DNA of 63,316 nucleotides, filler included, from Licmophora abbreviata (taxonomy: Eukaryota), in the NCBI GenBank assembly GCA_900291995.1. It is 10 parts of 10 records of this genome, joined end to end, with 100 filler letters (N's around TTAATTAATTAA, not from the genome) between each part and the next. Parts side by side here need not be neighbours in the genome. Positions count along the whole stretch, not along the records: positions 36,919 to 44,443 come from OLMU01004861.1; positions 44,544 to 48,300 come from OLMU01004863.1; positions 48,401 to 57,056 come from OLMU01004864.1; 7 more parts are not named here. One strand, written 5' to 3'. This document shows positions 42,374-53,812 of this stretch, piece after piece. The notes below the pieces were generated by a model. That model worked only from the letters and a program-made list of their open reading frames with translations. It was not told the DNA's origin and did not search any database. Both the position numbers and the translations under genes were made by a program. Positions within the stretch are counted from its first letter, which is position 1. Every line of letters starts with the position of its first letter.

Positions 42374-43500
42374 TCACGGCTCGTCTTCAATCTCTTCAAT
42401 AATGTTAAAGGCCACATCGGCTGCAAGTTTCAACACACCTCCTATTACCGCCAGGCCTCCTGCATAGACGTACCAGGGACTCCCCGTTCCCATCGTAAGT
42501 GCCTTACCAACTGTTCCAGTGTAAACATAGGCAATCGTCCCAGGCGTAAAGCCGAGCAATGTCCCCAACGCATACTCTGCAAATCCAACCGAGCTTGCTC
42601 CATACAAGTAGTTGCTCAGAGCAAATGGAAATATGGGAGCAATCCGTACCAGCAGCATGAGTTTCAGTCCCTCCTTGGCAATCGCACGGTCGACTTTTTG
42701 AAACTTTGGTGAGTCGGCAATGAAGTCTTCGACCTTGGATCGTAACAGTGTCTTGCCGATGAAAAAGCTAATACTGGCAGCGATACTGGCACTGAGCAAG
42801 ACGACCCCCGTGCCTTGAACGACGCCAAACAGGTATCCTGCAGAGGCAGTGAGAGGCAGGGCGGGAATGGCGAGTACTTCGGCAAGTGTGTACATGAGTC
42901 CAAAGTACAACATCCCAATGGGGCCCATGTCTTGCACATGGTTTACAACAGCCTCCAAAGTCCCAGCAGGATTCTGAATGAGGCCCTGAGCTCCTTCGAT
43001 GAGCTCGCTAGTAGACGGTAGGCTAAACAAAAGACAGAAACAAGGGTCCTGTCAGTAAGATTCGTTTCTTGCACTCAACGAATCTCCAGTCAAACATACC
43101 TGACTTCGATCCCTCCCATGTTCACAATGGCCGCAGCGGATGCGACCAACGCTGCTCCCAGTCCTAATATTCCCAACAAGTAGTTCCCATTGAGCTCTGT
43201 GCGGTCGGTTCCATCCTTGCCTACGATATCTCGCAATCGATTTTCCTCACGTTGTGACAAGGACGACGAGGATTGTTGTTGGTGGGAAGCCGCCCAGTCA
43301 AAGGTCGGACGATCCCGGACTTCTTCTTCATTGGAAAAGAAACTAAACTGCAGTGGTTGTCGGGATTGAGGGGCAGAGCTAGTCTTTGACATGGAAACGC
43401 GAGAAAGTGCAGCGGGGCGACGAGGCGAGAAGGCTTCCAAAGGTTTAAGGGGAACTGTGGTAGCCAAGAGCAAGGCAGAAGCGCAGTATTGTTTCACCAT
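42374..43500 (-). CDS. TVP38/TMEM64 (VTT/DedA, SNARE-associated) membrane protein, probably plastid-targeted, 2 exons
   Basis: Leader ...LEAF-SP, intron at about 43099-43023, AIPALPLTASAGYLFG, LLVRIAPIFPFALSNYLYG, GFTPGT. Confidence 0.88.
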
Positions 43501-44112
43501 GGTCTCTGATTGTTCAATAATAAGATCTATTGAGTAGCTGGGCGATGGCTCTGATGATGAGTGGCTCGTTTCTTTGATACTATGAGGCAGAGTGGCTTTT
43601 TATGAAGACAGATGGCGGCGATGACACCACAATGTGAGTGGCAAGGTGGAGCTGGCGAATGACGCGAAACATCTCTATCACAGAGTTTGTTCTTTTGATT
43701 CTGGATGAATCTACGGTGATTTTTCTACAGCAATTTTGTGACCAAAGGTACACTTCAATGGGCTATGGGTCCAGGCTGTATGGAATCTGACGTAGAATTG
43801 GATGTTGACGTAGAAGGATACGAGGATGCTACGACGTCATCGCCTCTAAACCTACGAATGCATCATCGAGCGGAGCGCGACCTCGATAGCTGGTGACCTC
43901 ATGCTTCATGTGCAAAAGACAAAAGACAGCTCCGGTTCTAACCAGGTACGACGTAATTGATGAGAGATGCCAAAGTCTATCCGACGATTCCATGAGTGAG
44001 AGTTTTCTCTCTAGAGGAAAGCCTGCTCATCCTGTAGGTCCGCTCGCTATTTGCTTTCCATGATGCTGCTCGCAAGTCTCTATTTGCCATCGCTAGACCT
44101 ACTCTGAAAAAA

Positions 44113-44443
44113 ATGTTCGGCAGTAGTGTTTTCTTTCAAGCTGTTGTTTACGGTCGTCTCGAGCAAGTGGACCGATATCTGAATGAGAGGACAATAGATC
44201 CGAGTGCCAGTGACAATTGGGCGATACGACACGCGTCCTTGACAGGCCACCTTGAGGTCGTGAACCGATTGCTGGAGGATGCGCGAGTAGATCCGAGTGC
44301 CGAAGACAATCAGGCGATCAAAGATGCGTCCAAGAAAGGCCGCCTTGAGGTCGTGAACCGATTGCTGGAGGATGCGCGAGTAGATCCGAGTGCCAGTGAC
44401 AATTGGGCGATCCGACACGCGTCCAGGGATGGTCACCTTGAGG
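44113..44443 (+). CDS. Ankyrin-repeat protein, 93-bp (31-aa) repeats, truncated by gap
   Basis: DPSA.DN.AI..AS..G.LEVVNRLLEDARV units start at 44197, 44290 and 44383. Confidence 0.85.
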
Positions 44444-44543
44444 NNNNNNNNNNNNNNNNNNNNNNNNNNNNNNNNNNNNNNNNNNNNTTAATTAATTAAN
44501 NNNNNNNNNNNNNNNNNNNNNNNNNNNNNNNNNNNNNNNNNNN

Positions 44544-47359
44544 GGGCCTGGAGGACCTCCAGGTCAGCCTCCAGCCTAGGAACCCCCTTAACCATACGCG
44601 GAGGCCCCTCCACCGCTTCCCCCGGGTTGGCGTCGGCACATGGCCCGACCGTTCCGACACGGTCGGCGCCCTCTTCCTCGCGCCGTGCCCAGAGGCCTGC
44701 CTCCACCTCAACCTCCGTCTCCTTAGCCACGAGCTTCCAGCCGTCTGCGTCCCGGCCCCCCGCCAGCTGTCGATGGTGGCGTGAATTCCCCGCAGGTACG
44801 GCACCATGGCCGGGTAGGTCTGTGAAACGTAGATCAGGAAGCCTCGCCGCGACTCCATCCTCTTGTGGTCGACCCAACCGGCCCCGACCTTCATGTCGCT
44901 TTTGATCTCGGAGAGGACCGCCTTGGTCTTCTCCCACTTGTCCTGAGACGTCATGACGGTGACAGCCCCGTTGTCAGTGTGGGCCACCGTGCCGGCCCAC
45001 GCTCCAGGAGTGACCGATCCCTTCCGACGCTTGCGAGGGGCATCCTGGAGACCCAGGTAGCCGAGCGTAGACGACACTCGCTGCGAAGCTTGCCAACTTT
45101 CGTCTCCAGTCGGGGCGGTGACCCGCTGGTCATCGACGAAGGTGTGGTAATCCGCGGCCAAAACGCCATCGCCCCGTACCTTCGACACCCAGGGAACCCT
45201 TGGATCGTAGTCCTCCGACCCGCGATGCAGGCAGGTTAAACCTCACCCGGTCCCACCTGAAGACGTTGTCCGAGCATCGTCGATCTCCCAAAACGACGCC
45301 CTCTGCCCAGAGCATGCCTTGGGTAGCCTGGTATGGAGCTGGCCGGAGCCCCATGGCACACCGACACCATCGTTCCCACAGCACCTCCCGGACCCCCGCC
45401 TCGAGTTCATCCGGGAAGAACTTGGTGAGATCTATCCCACAGAGCTCCCTCACCCTCTGGTCCAACATGAAGTTCAGGAACATTTCACCGACATCGTTGT
45501 CCGACTGAAAGGTACCCGGCTCCAGGGACCGCATCAGAGACCGAACGGTCGGAAGAGGGAACCAAGGTGCCCACAGAATCGCGTTCAACCCGCTCTTTGT
45601 CCCATCATAAACCATCCGGATATCGCGATCCCCCTTTGGAACGTCAAAAAAGGAGATTAGCGAATCCACCTTCCCGGGTTCGACGTAGGCTCGCTCGCGG
45701 ACCTTCCGAAGCTTCGACACGACCAGGTCGAGGACCGCTGGGTCCTTCGGCACCCGCTGATTCCCATGCCATGGTGTCAAGGTCCCTTGGAACCACAGCG
45801 GCAGCCCGTCGCGTATCGTCTTCATGTATTCCGGCGGCCACCTCCAGAAAAACGGGCGGGACCCCCGATCCCACGCCCACCAGGACGCATCGGCTGCCCG
45901 CCGAATCGCGTCCAGGGCGGCGTCGTCGTTCGTCCGCCTCTCACTCTCTTCGCTCACACCAGGACTGCCCACAATCCCCCGCCACTTGAGGTACGAGGCG
46001 GTGACGTTACGCCGCCAGCGTCTCAGTACCAGGGACTGAAGCACCCGAGCCGCTGCCTCAATGTCTCGGCCCCTGATGGCGGGGGGCAGACCTTCCCGAA
46101 GCGCTTCCATCCACAACTCGACCGGTACCCTCGCGTCATCAGTTTTGGTGGCTTTGGCGTCCCGGTCCTCGTCCCCTCCCAGGTAGCTCACTCCTCCACC
46201 GGGGCTGGGTGGAACCAGGGTCCCGAGGTGGCTTGGACCACAATCCTCCCCAGGCCCTCGAACTTTCGCCCTGACGAGCCCCCCTCGCCCCCGGGGCTCC
46301 GCCTCGCTCTTCACCCGTTTGCTGGGCCCGACATCCGGCCTCTCATCGTCCTTGGTCTGCGATCTCTCTCGCTTGAGCCCCTGACCACTCCGAACCCAGC
46401 CTTCGACCGCCTCGAAGATCGCGTGCCTCACCTTCTGCGGCACCCGAATAGCATCCTGGATTGCAATCAGTTCTTCCTTCTCCAAATCCAAGAGGAGGCT
46501 CTCCGGAACGTCCAAGATCATAAGCCTCTCCCCCGGAGTCAGGTCTCGTTCCACCCACCCACGTCCGAAATGCCCAAGCCTCACCAGGGCTCGCACCCCT
46601 CTTCCGACAGGGTACAAGCCCCAGCTCCAGACTGTTTTGGGAGCACGCGCCCAGGCAACACCGGCAGCCGACTCCAGGGGCTCGCGATCTGGAGCCTTGC
46701 ACCACGCGCCCTCCACGCCGAACTTAAGCACCGATCGCAAGTCCTGCCGAGGCCGCCTTCCGACGCTCAGCCTTCCGACCGAGGCGCCTGACCCAGACAC
46801 CTCCCGCCCTCTTCGCCAGCACCTAGCGCTCCATGAGCCCGCGGTGACCCCCCCCGACAGAGGAGTGGTCAACAGGGATCTCAACTGCCTCCCAACCTGG
46901 GATCCAACCCCGGGTTCTCCGACTCGGTCCGAAGGAAAAGACGCCCACCAACCTCGGGATAGACTCTAACATCGCGCCGCACTCCCCGAAGCCTCCGTCC
47001 TCGAACACAACGATGGAGACAGGCCTCGCCCGCAGCGGGCCTGCCCAGGCCGCTCGTTTTCCATCCACCACCACCTCCACACCCGAACCCACGGCTCGCC
47101 TTACAACGCCCACGAGCCTGGCCTCCTCGAGGACGACCCAGGACAACTTGACGCCCAGCTTCCGGCACAGGAGGCCCGACCATGGGAAGCTCCGGGCCAC
47201 GACTCCCATCGATCCCCAACTTTTGGCTTCCTCAATCATGCCTGACTCAACTCCCAACTGGGCGTACTCCGGTGGGCCCTCTTCCAACATCTCTCCTTCC
47301 ACACCTCCCGGTTCTCGCGGCCCCGAGTAACCCCTGTCCGGCTCCAAATCTGCCGACAA
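44544..47359 (-). pseudogene. pol-like ORF with reverse transcriptase, three frameshifts
   Basis: Frame changes at a C8 run (46848-46855), an apparent 7-nt insertion (45223-45229) and a C6 run (44756-44761) join four ORF-track fragments into one reading. Confidence 0.7.
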
Positions 47360-47383
47360 GGGAACCCTGAACCGCCCGCCCTG

Positions 47384-48300
47384 TCATTTCTTTTTGGAGG
47401 CGGACAGCGCCTGGTCCGCGACCCCCCGAGTCGTCGCAAGGTCGCGTTTGAGCTGGGTGACCTGACCCTGGAGCTCCGTGACCTTGGTGAAGGACGCCTT
47501 TTTCTGCATGACATGCAACAGGATAGCGGGGGCTAGGTCCGGATGACCCCTAAAGTGGGCCTTCTCCAGCTCCTGCCATTACTGGTGGGCTGATAGGGCC
47601 CCCCAGAGGACCATCGCGCACCTTCCTGAAGCAGAGACGCCCGGATCCTTCGCTCCCGCCCCAGCCGACCTCAGGGTTCCGATCTTTCGAAAGATCTCCT
47701 TGATGATGTGGGCAACAAGATCCCAAGCATCCTTCGTCGTAACCGAGTCCACGTCGATTAGCTCACGGTAGAACTCCTCCACAAACTTGGCCATGGAGTC
47801 GAAGAAGGACACGGACTTCCTGATCATCTCTTCCGCCAGAACCCGGGCGGACGCACCTCCCGATCCCGCGAAGATGGACCTCATCGAATGCATGTTGCCA
47901 GAGACGAACTGCGGCGTGTGGTTGCGCACCCTGTGGAGCAGTCCTTCCCGACGGCCCGGACTGTCCCATGCTTCCTTGTTGGGGAGAAGGGGGAGGTGGC
48001 TCTCTCCGGCCTTTCCTGTGATGCCGAAAACACCCGGGTAGGCGACGCTGAAACTGGCTGTAAGCTTGTCCAGCGAGGCCCGCTTTGACTTGTACTCTTC
48101 ATCGATCACACCCGAGGTGTTCGCCCCCATCATCGCTCCCACTTCAATGAGGTAGGAAGCGATGTCGAAGAAGTATTTCCGTTCGAATCCAGGCACGTTA
48201 GCGGTGACCCACGCCTCCGTCTCCGAAAGAGACCCGAACGCCAGCCCCTCGTCCCCGAACGACACTCCTCCGGACGTCAACCTGTCCCGCAAGAGAGCGT
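47384..48300 (-). pseudogene. ORF1 (gag-position) of the retroelement, internal TAA at 47579-47581
   Basis: The frame continues past the stop as WQELEKAHFRGHPDLAP...coiled coil...SKKK-TGA. Confidence 0.6.
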
Positions 48301-48407
48301 NNNNNNNNNNNNNNNNNNNNNNNNNNNNNNNNNNNNNNNNNNNNTTAATTAATTAANNNNNNNNNNNNNNNNNNNNNNNNNNNNNNNNNNNNNNNNNNNN
48401 ACCGGTT

Positions 48408-48698
48408 GCATCATAGTCCCACTCCATCGATGTTGCCGGATGTAAGCGCAATCGAAGCGTTGTTTCGGCAGGAACTGAAAAAGGAAAAATGAGGGAGGAA
48501 AACAGTAGTGTAAGCAACAGGTAGACTGGGCTCTTTTTATCGAGAGCTAGAATGGACAGCAAACGGTGGTTCGGTTCGGAATATCAGACGGATCCAACGC
48601 ATCATGGTCCGACTCCATCAATGGTGCCGAATGTAAGCGCAATCGAAGCCTTGTTTCGGGCGGAAATTAAGAAAGAGAAATGAGGCACAAAACAATAG
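48408..48698 (+). repeat. Imperfect direct repeat, ~100-bp units 191 bp apart
   Basis: Both copies contain ATGTAAGCGCAATCGAAGC and encode HHxPTPSMxPxVSAIEALFRxExKKEK-stop. Confidence 0.85.
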
Positions 48699-48747
48699 GC
48701 ACCAGGCTACCTCGTAGGCTGATATCCACTTTATTCTACTTAGATAT

Positions 48748-49842
48748 CTACAGATACTTTCGCAGCTCGTTCACAAGTTCTGCTACTTCGGGGTCGTTTT
48801 GATATTTCGCCACGGCTGCCGGGTTGGTCATGCACTCCTGCACGGCTTTCATGAGTTTCGGGTTGGACTGGGCCTTCGAAACAATCTCCATCACTTTTGG
48901 GTTCTTCATCATCTCCTGAGCTTTTCCCATCATGTCGCCCATGCCACCAAAAGGGTTGGCACCACCACCAAAGGGGCTCCCTCCACCTCCAGCTCCCGCA
49001 GGACCTCCTCCCACACCCATGTTCTTTAGCATGTCAGCGATTCCACCCATTCCACCCATCATATCGCCCATACCACCTGCACCACCAAATGGGTTCGCAC
49101 CTCCGCCAAATGGACTTGACCCGCCGCTCGGCTGTTTCGGTTGCTGCTGGGATTGCTTCGGTCGTGGGCCAGCGGACTCATCCGTCAACACCTCGACATT
49201 GTCGTAAACGGCATACCCGTCGCCGTCACTACTACTGCTGCTGGATCCAGCTGCTGTCTTCCGTACTCCATCGACTCGTGCTTCTGCAAGGGCTTTGGCG
49301 AATTCAAACTTTTCCAAGAAAGATCTGGTCGAGACCCCAAGAAGCTCGAGTTCTTTTTTGAGTTCAGAGGCTTTCATCGCCTTGCACGTTTCCAATTCTT
49401 CCTGCAGTCGCTCTTCACGCGGTCTTGAATCTGTAGACGAGGCTTTCGATGAAGAAGATGATGTGGACGCCGAAGCGCCACTAGACGTAGAAGCAGAGCT
49501 CGAAGTACTCGCAGTACTGCTGCTTGTTGATGATTGCGTTTCCTTTGGAGTCAGGCCTTCGGCACGCGCATTTTGCAAGGCCTCCACAAGCTCCTTCTTT
49601 TCCAGCATGCTTCGTGTCGAGATCCCATAACTTTCCAGCTCCTTTTTGATTTCCCCTGCTCGCATCGACTGAATCTCGTCCGTGTCTGCACTGCTGCTCG
49701 CGGATGATGCGAACAGTCGTGCCGTGCGGAAAGATGACGGTGGTGACACTCTTGATGGCGGTCGAGCGACAAAGGCCATCATCGTCGTCGTTCGGAGGAG
49801 CAGGCATGACGCCGTCGCAACTACTTGGCGGGAAACAAACAT
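48748..49842 (-). CDS. STI1-domain co-chaperone-like protein with two helical HeH/SAP-like repeats, likely organelle-targeted
   Basis: Two ExKKELE..G.STRS.LEK.E...AL..AR repeats, a GGM-rich linker, and C-terminal MMKNPK...SNPKLM...NP...YQNDPEV. Confidence 0.78.
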   Translation of the reverse strand: MFVSRQVVATASCLLLRTTTMMAFVARPPSRVSPPSSFRTARLFASSASSSADTDEIQSMRAGEIKKELESYGISTRSMLEKKELVEALQNARAEGLTPKETQSSTSSSTASTSSSASTSSGASASTSSSSSKASSTDSRPREERLQEELETCKAMKASELKKELELLGVSTRSFLEKFEFAKALAEARVDGVRKTAAGSSSSSSDGDGYAVYDNVEVLTDESAGPRPKQSQQQPKQPSGGSSPFGGGANPFGGAGGMGDMMGGMGGIADMLKNMGVGGGPAGAGGGGSPFGGGANPFGGMGDMMGKAQEMMKNPKVMEIVSKAQSNPKLMKAVQECMTNPAAVAKYQNDPEVAELVNELRKYL

Positions 49843-50306
49843 TGACACTTTCGAGAGGGAAACACACCAATGAATGAGAACGATGGCTTCGCAGCGTGTT
49901 GACGGCACAGGCTAAAATATCGAACTGTGTGTTGTGACGGTGTGTTCCACTTTCAACTTGTATTGGGGACTGACGCATCATCGCGGTGTGACGGAAAAAA
50001 GCGCGCCAAACTATGAGCGCTCCGAAAGACCCTTTTCTGATCTGCGAGCTCGTCGTTTTGGAAAGCCTTGCTGAAATCTCAACTCGTGTGACTCTCGACT
50101 GACTCTCACTCCGTTGTTGATGCTGTTGTTGCGTTGGACCTCAAGCTAGTATTGGATCTCTTGTTGCATCGAAGGCAGAATTGATTGAATAGAGTACGTA
50201 GTGGCCCTGTAAATTTGTTATGTCCGCTTCCAAGGTTTTCGTTGACCCCAAGATACAGTCACTCACCACACCCTTGGATCTTGTTGCTTGCCGCAGCAGC
50301 AGCATC

Positions 50307-50570
50307 ATGGAAAGCAAGGCTATGGATCCCACTGTCTCGTCAGATCAGGCCGTTTCCTCCACCATGAAACATGGACTCGAAAGTGTGTTTGTTCGAACAG
50401 GAGCGGGATTGCTGATTGGGGGTTTGGCGGGCGTCGTTCTGGCACGAGGGGGCGGGGGATCTAGTGCACGGAAAGTAATGGCAGGATTCGGAGGTGGCGT
50501 CGGACTAGGCTCTGCTTGGACGCGTTGTTCCATGAACTTGGAGGAATTGCTTTCAGACAACAGCAAGTAG
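50307..50570 (+). CDS. MIC10: MICOS subunit Mic10-like protein
   Basis: Small protein with two Gly-rich TM segments (GAGLLIGGLAG and GFGGGVGLGSAW..C) separated by a basic loop. Confidence 0.7.
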   Translation: MESKAMDPTVSSDQAVSSTMKHGLESVFVRTGAGLLIGGLAGVVLARGGGGSSARKVMAGFGGGVGLGSAWTRCSMNLEELLSDNSK

Positions 50571-51528
50571 TTGATGGAACAGATGACGATGTTCTTTCAT
50601 TTGTCATCAGAATCGAGCTACGCACTCTTGTGGGGTGAGCTCTAGGTTCGAGCCTACAATTCTTGACGACAAACCTTGGATAAAATACTAAACATCATAA
50701 GAACGCTACTCGACTTTCGAATAGAACCCGTACGAAGTGGTTATACAACTGCTCACAAAGCCGCAACGACAGCAATCCTCAATCTACAGCTCTCTAGAGC
50801 TATCGTGGAACTTTCAGTCGACACCGCAACCTATCGTTCACAATGCACAAACAACTTCAGGGGCTTTGCTTTCTATAGACGTTGAATAGGACTTGCTAGA
50901 CCCTCTAGACCTACGACGTACCTGGTAGTCGTATTTCCTGAAATGGGCCATGGGCGGGATCTGATGGATTGCGGATGAGCCGGACGCGCGCTTGCCATGG
51001 ACGCGCAACGGTCATCCATCTTCAAGTCTGTAGCAATATTTCTGACCAGCTTCTACATACACACAGAGGTATATTTTACATACGAATACTTCAGTATAAA
51101 ATACACACAAATTCAAGCAGGTTTGCGCGCCAGCCGTGCACAGTCTCTGTGCCAGTGAAGGGCATCGCTTGGCACAACGCCAAGAAGCCACAAGCAAGAC
51201 ACTGGATACGGTCGTCCATGGCAGGCCCATTCGCAATCCGTAACGTCTTTTCCACTCCGTTGTGTCCTGTATTGTCTCAACCGACGATAAGTATAGGCAT
51301 TGAGGGCTTTCGTTGGTGAAATCTTTGGATACGCTCCTTTTCAGACGGGTCTTTGTTCCGTCTATCGCGTGGAAGAGAAACTGCGTACGCCCTACGCAGT
51401 TTTCTACCACAGTCTATCCTTCAGACGGCGGGCTGTCATTGTACATCGAGAGTGCGCGGGTCTTCGTTCTTTGACTCGACGGACGACTCTGTTTCACTCT
51501 AGGCATCCTGGAGAGCTCTCCCTCCTCT

Positions 51529-53715
51529 ATGTCAAAGAGAACGACAATTGAATTAAAGTTCATGGGTAGCAGCGCCAACGAAAACAACAACAACACGAAC
51601 AATATGGGAACCGACGACTTTCAGAGCAGCAGCTCTGCTGGATCGGGACTGATGAGCTTCGTCAATGGCGGCGGGAAGGACCAGCAATCACGAACAGAAC
51701 GTGAGGGATGGTCTCTCGGTGGCCAACAGTTTGCCTCTCCTCGCGAAGTCTATACGCGATCCCTGTACAGAATATGTCTCAAGTTTACCACCTCGGAAGA
51801 TGAAGACGAGGGAAAATTGGAACCTGCTACGGCATACTGGACGCTTTACGGAAGAACCACGACCATCGGAAACGGAGGACCCAACTCGAAGGAAGCCGAC
51901 GACATTTGCCGTCGCATGGACGATTCCATGAGCGGTCCTGCTGCCGGTCTTTTGGCAAGACTGACCGACGGGGACGGCGAAGCCGCTGCACAGATGGCGC
52001 TCCGGGCCGGCATGACGACGGGATGGCACATTCGAGGCGAGCGCGGCGATGCCGCAGTACGCGTCGGAGCGGCCAAGATCTTTAAAATACAAGGGGCCGA
52101 TGGTAATACCCGCAATGACGCGCAACTTCTCTCTTTGGATGCCGATCGATGGACCCTGATCAAGGGAGCGTCGTTTGCGGCTGGAAACTCGGTATTTCAC
52201 GTGGAAGAGTTCAATGAGGGAAAGCAGAAATTGACTATTCACTGCCCCAAGGGACCGATGAGGGGAAAAGTGATGGAAATCTCATCGTCGCGTTGTCCAT
52301 TCGTCTTCGGCCGAGCACATGAAGCAGATTTGTGCATTATGGACCGTGAACTGAGTCGAAAGCACGGTGCCGTCATATACTTGCCGAATCAAAACGGAAA
52401 AGCGAAGGAGAGGACGAGTGCGGGTTCGTTTGTACTGGTCGATTTGGAAAGCACAGTAAGTATCTTTGACGCTCGTCCGTTGAGAGTTGCACAACACCAC
52501 GGCTCACCAAATGTGTTTGTCTCTATCCGTAGAATGGAACGTACATGCGCCTTGTTGGACCATTCGGCCAGAAGGGAATGGGCGTACTCTCAGTCGGCGA
52601 CGAGTTTATTGTTGGGCGAACCGGATTCTCTGTTAATCGCTTCGACTACGGAATTTCAGAGGCAATCGGTGCAAGGCCGACGATGGAGGACAGAACAATG
52701 GTTATTCAAAGTCTCGCGTACGACCCCCTACACGGACACCATAGGAACGAGTCCAAAGACACCTTGGACGAGCTCGCCATGACAACGTTCGCAGCTGTAT
52801 TTGATGGACACGGTGGCGACGAGTGCTCAAATTACCTAGTGGAAGCTCTCCCGTCAGCCGTCAGAAATCAGATGATTGCCGACGGTGACGGACTTCGAAA
52901 TGCCATCGAAGAGAGCCGCAATCGAGCGAGGACAGAGTCGCCCGAAGACCCTGCCTCCTCGTTCATGCGAAAGATTCTCAAGACCGCGTATCTGCGCGTA
53001 GACAAGGAATTCATCACTCCCAAGACAGCTCCCCAGAGTGGTTCCACAGCCGCCACGGTAATCCTCATGGGACGAAGGCTTCTCGCAGCAAACGTTGGCG
53101 ACAGTCGCGTCGTGTTGTGTCGCGGTGGTGGGCAATGCGTAGAACTGACGAGCGACCACAAGCCCAGCCGTCCCGACGAAGCTGCGCGAGTCCGAGCCGC
53201 CGGAGGCTTCATTCTGCACAAGCGCGTCATGGGCGAGCTCGCGATTACCCGTGCGTTTGGCGACAAGTCATTCAAAATGGGCATCAAGGCGATGATGGAA
53301 GATGAGGCCGACGATTTGGGAGGGGATGGAGCCGACAAAGGACATCCAAAGGACTTGACTGCACCTTTGGTTAGTGCGGAACCAGAAATCGCATCCATGG
53401 TATGTCTATCGGCTTCGTTGTCCTGTTGTCGTACGCATGCCGTGAAAAGATGACTGACGACTCTCACTCACTTTTGTTTCTCCTCCGCAGGTTTTGAGCC
53501 ACAATGACGAGTTTCTTTTATTAGCATGCGATGGTCTCTTTGATGTGTTCCGCTCCCAAGATGCCATTGCGCTGGCGCGCCAAGAGCTCATTGCCCACAA
53601 AGGTGAGCCTGCCGAAGTGGCACGTATTTTGAGCGATCAAGCTATTCGGGTACGACGGAGTCGAGACAACGTTAGCATCCTTATCATGGTGCTGCGGCCA
53701 TTTTGGGAACTTTGA
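51529..53715 (+). CDS. FHA-domain protein phosphatase 2C (introns 52456-52532, 53400-53490)
   Basis: FHA motifs FGR...SRKH...DLESTNGT. PP2C motifs RPTMED, VFDGHGG, ANVGDSR, DHKP, LAITRAFGD, ACDGLFD, DNVS. Confidence 0.92.
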
Positions 53716-53812
53716 TTCTCTAGGATTCAACGAGTATAATAACAGCAGGAGTATGTGCTTCACGTCCTCCCTTTAGATTGTTAGTGTACTATGGTGTCGG
53801 CTCTTGTTGGTG

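Larger units (their letters stand above)
44544..48300 (-). mobile_element. Degenerate GC-rich retroelement fragment (ORF1 plus pol with divergent RT; DIRS/Ngaro-like affinity inferred)
   Basis: Fills a whole contig and is visibly more GC-rich than its flanks. RT motifs: FFDVPKG, IRMVYDG...LN, DVGEMFLNF, MGLRPAPY, FVDD, WAG. Confidence 0.75.

Noticed and set aside
47579..47581. Programmed readthrough or selenocysteine in retroelement ORF1
   Set aside because: The stop is TAA and is more simply explained by a displaced base in a copy that has other indels.
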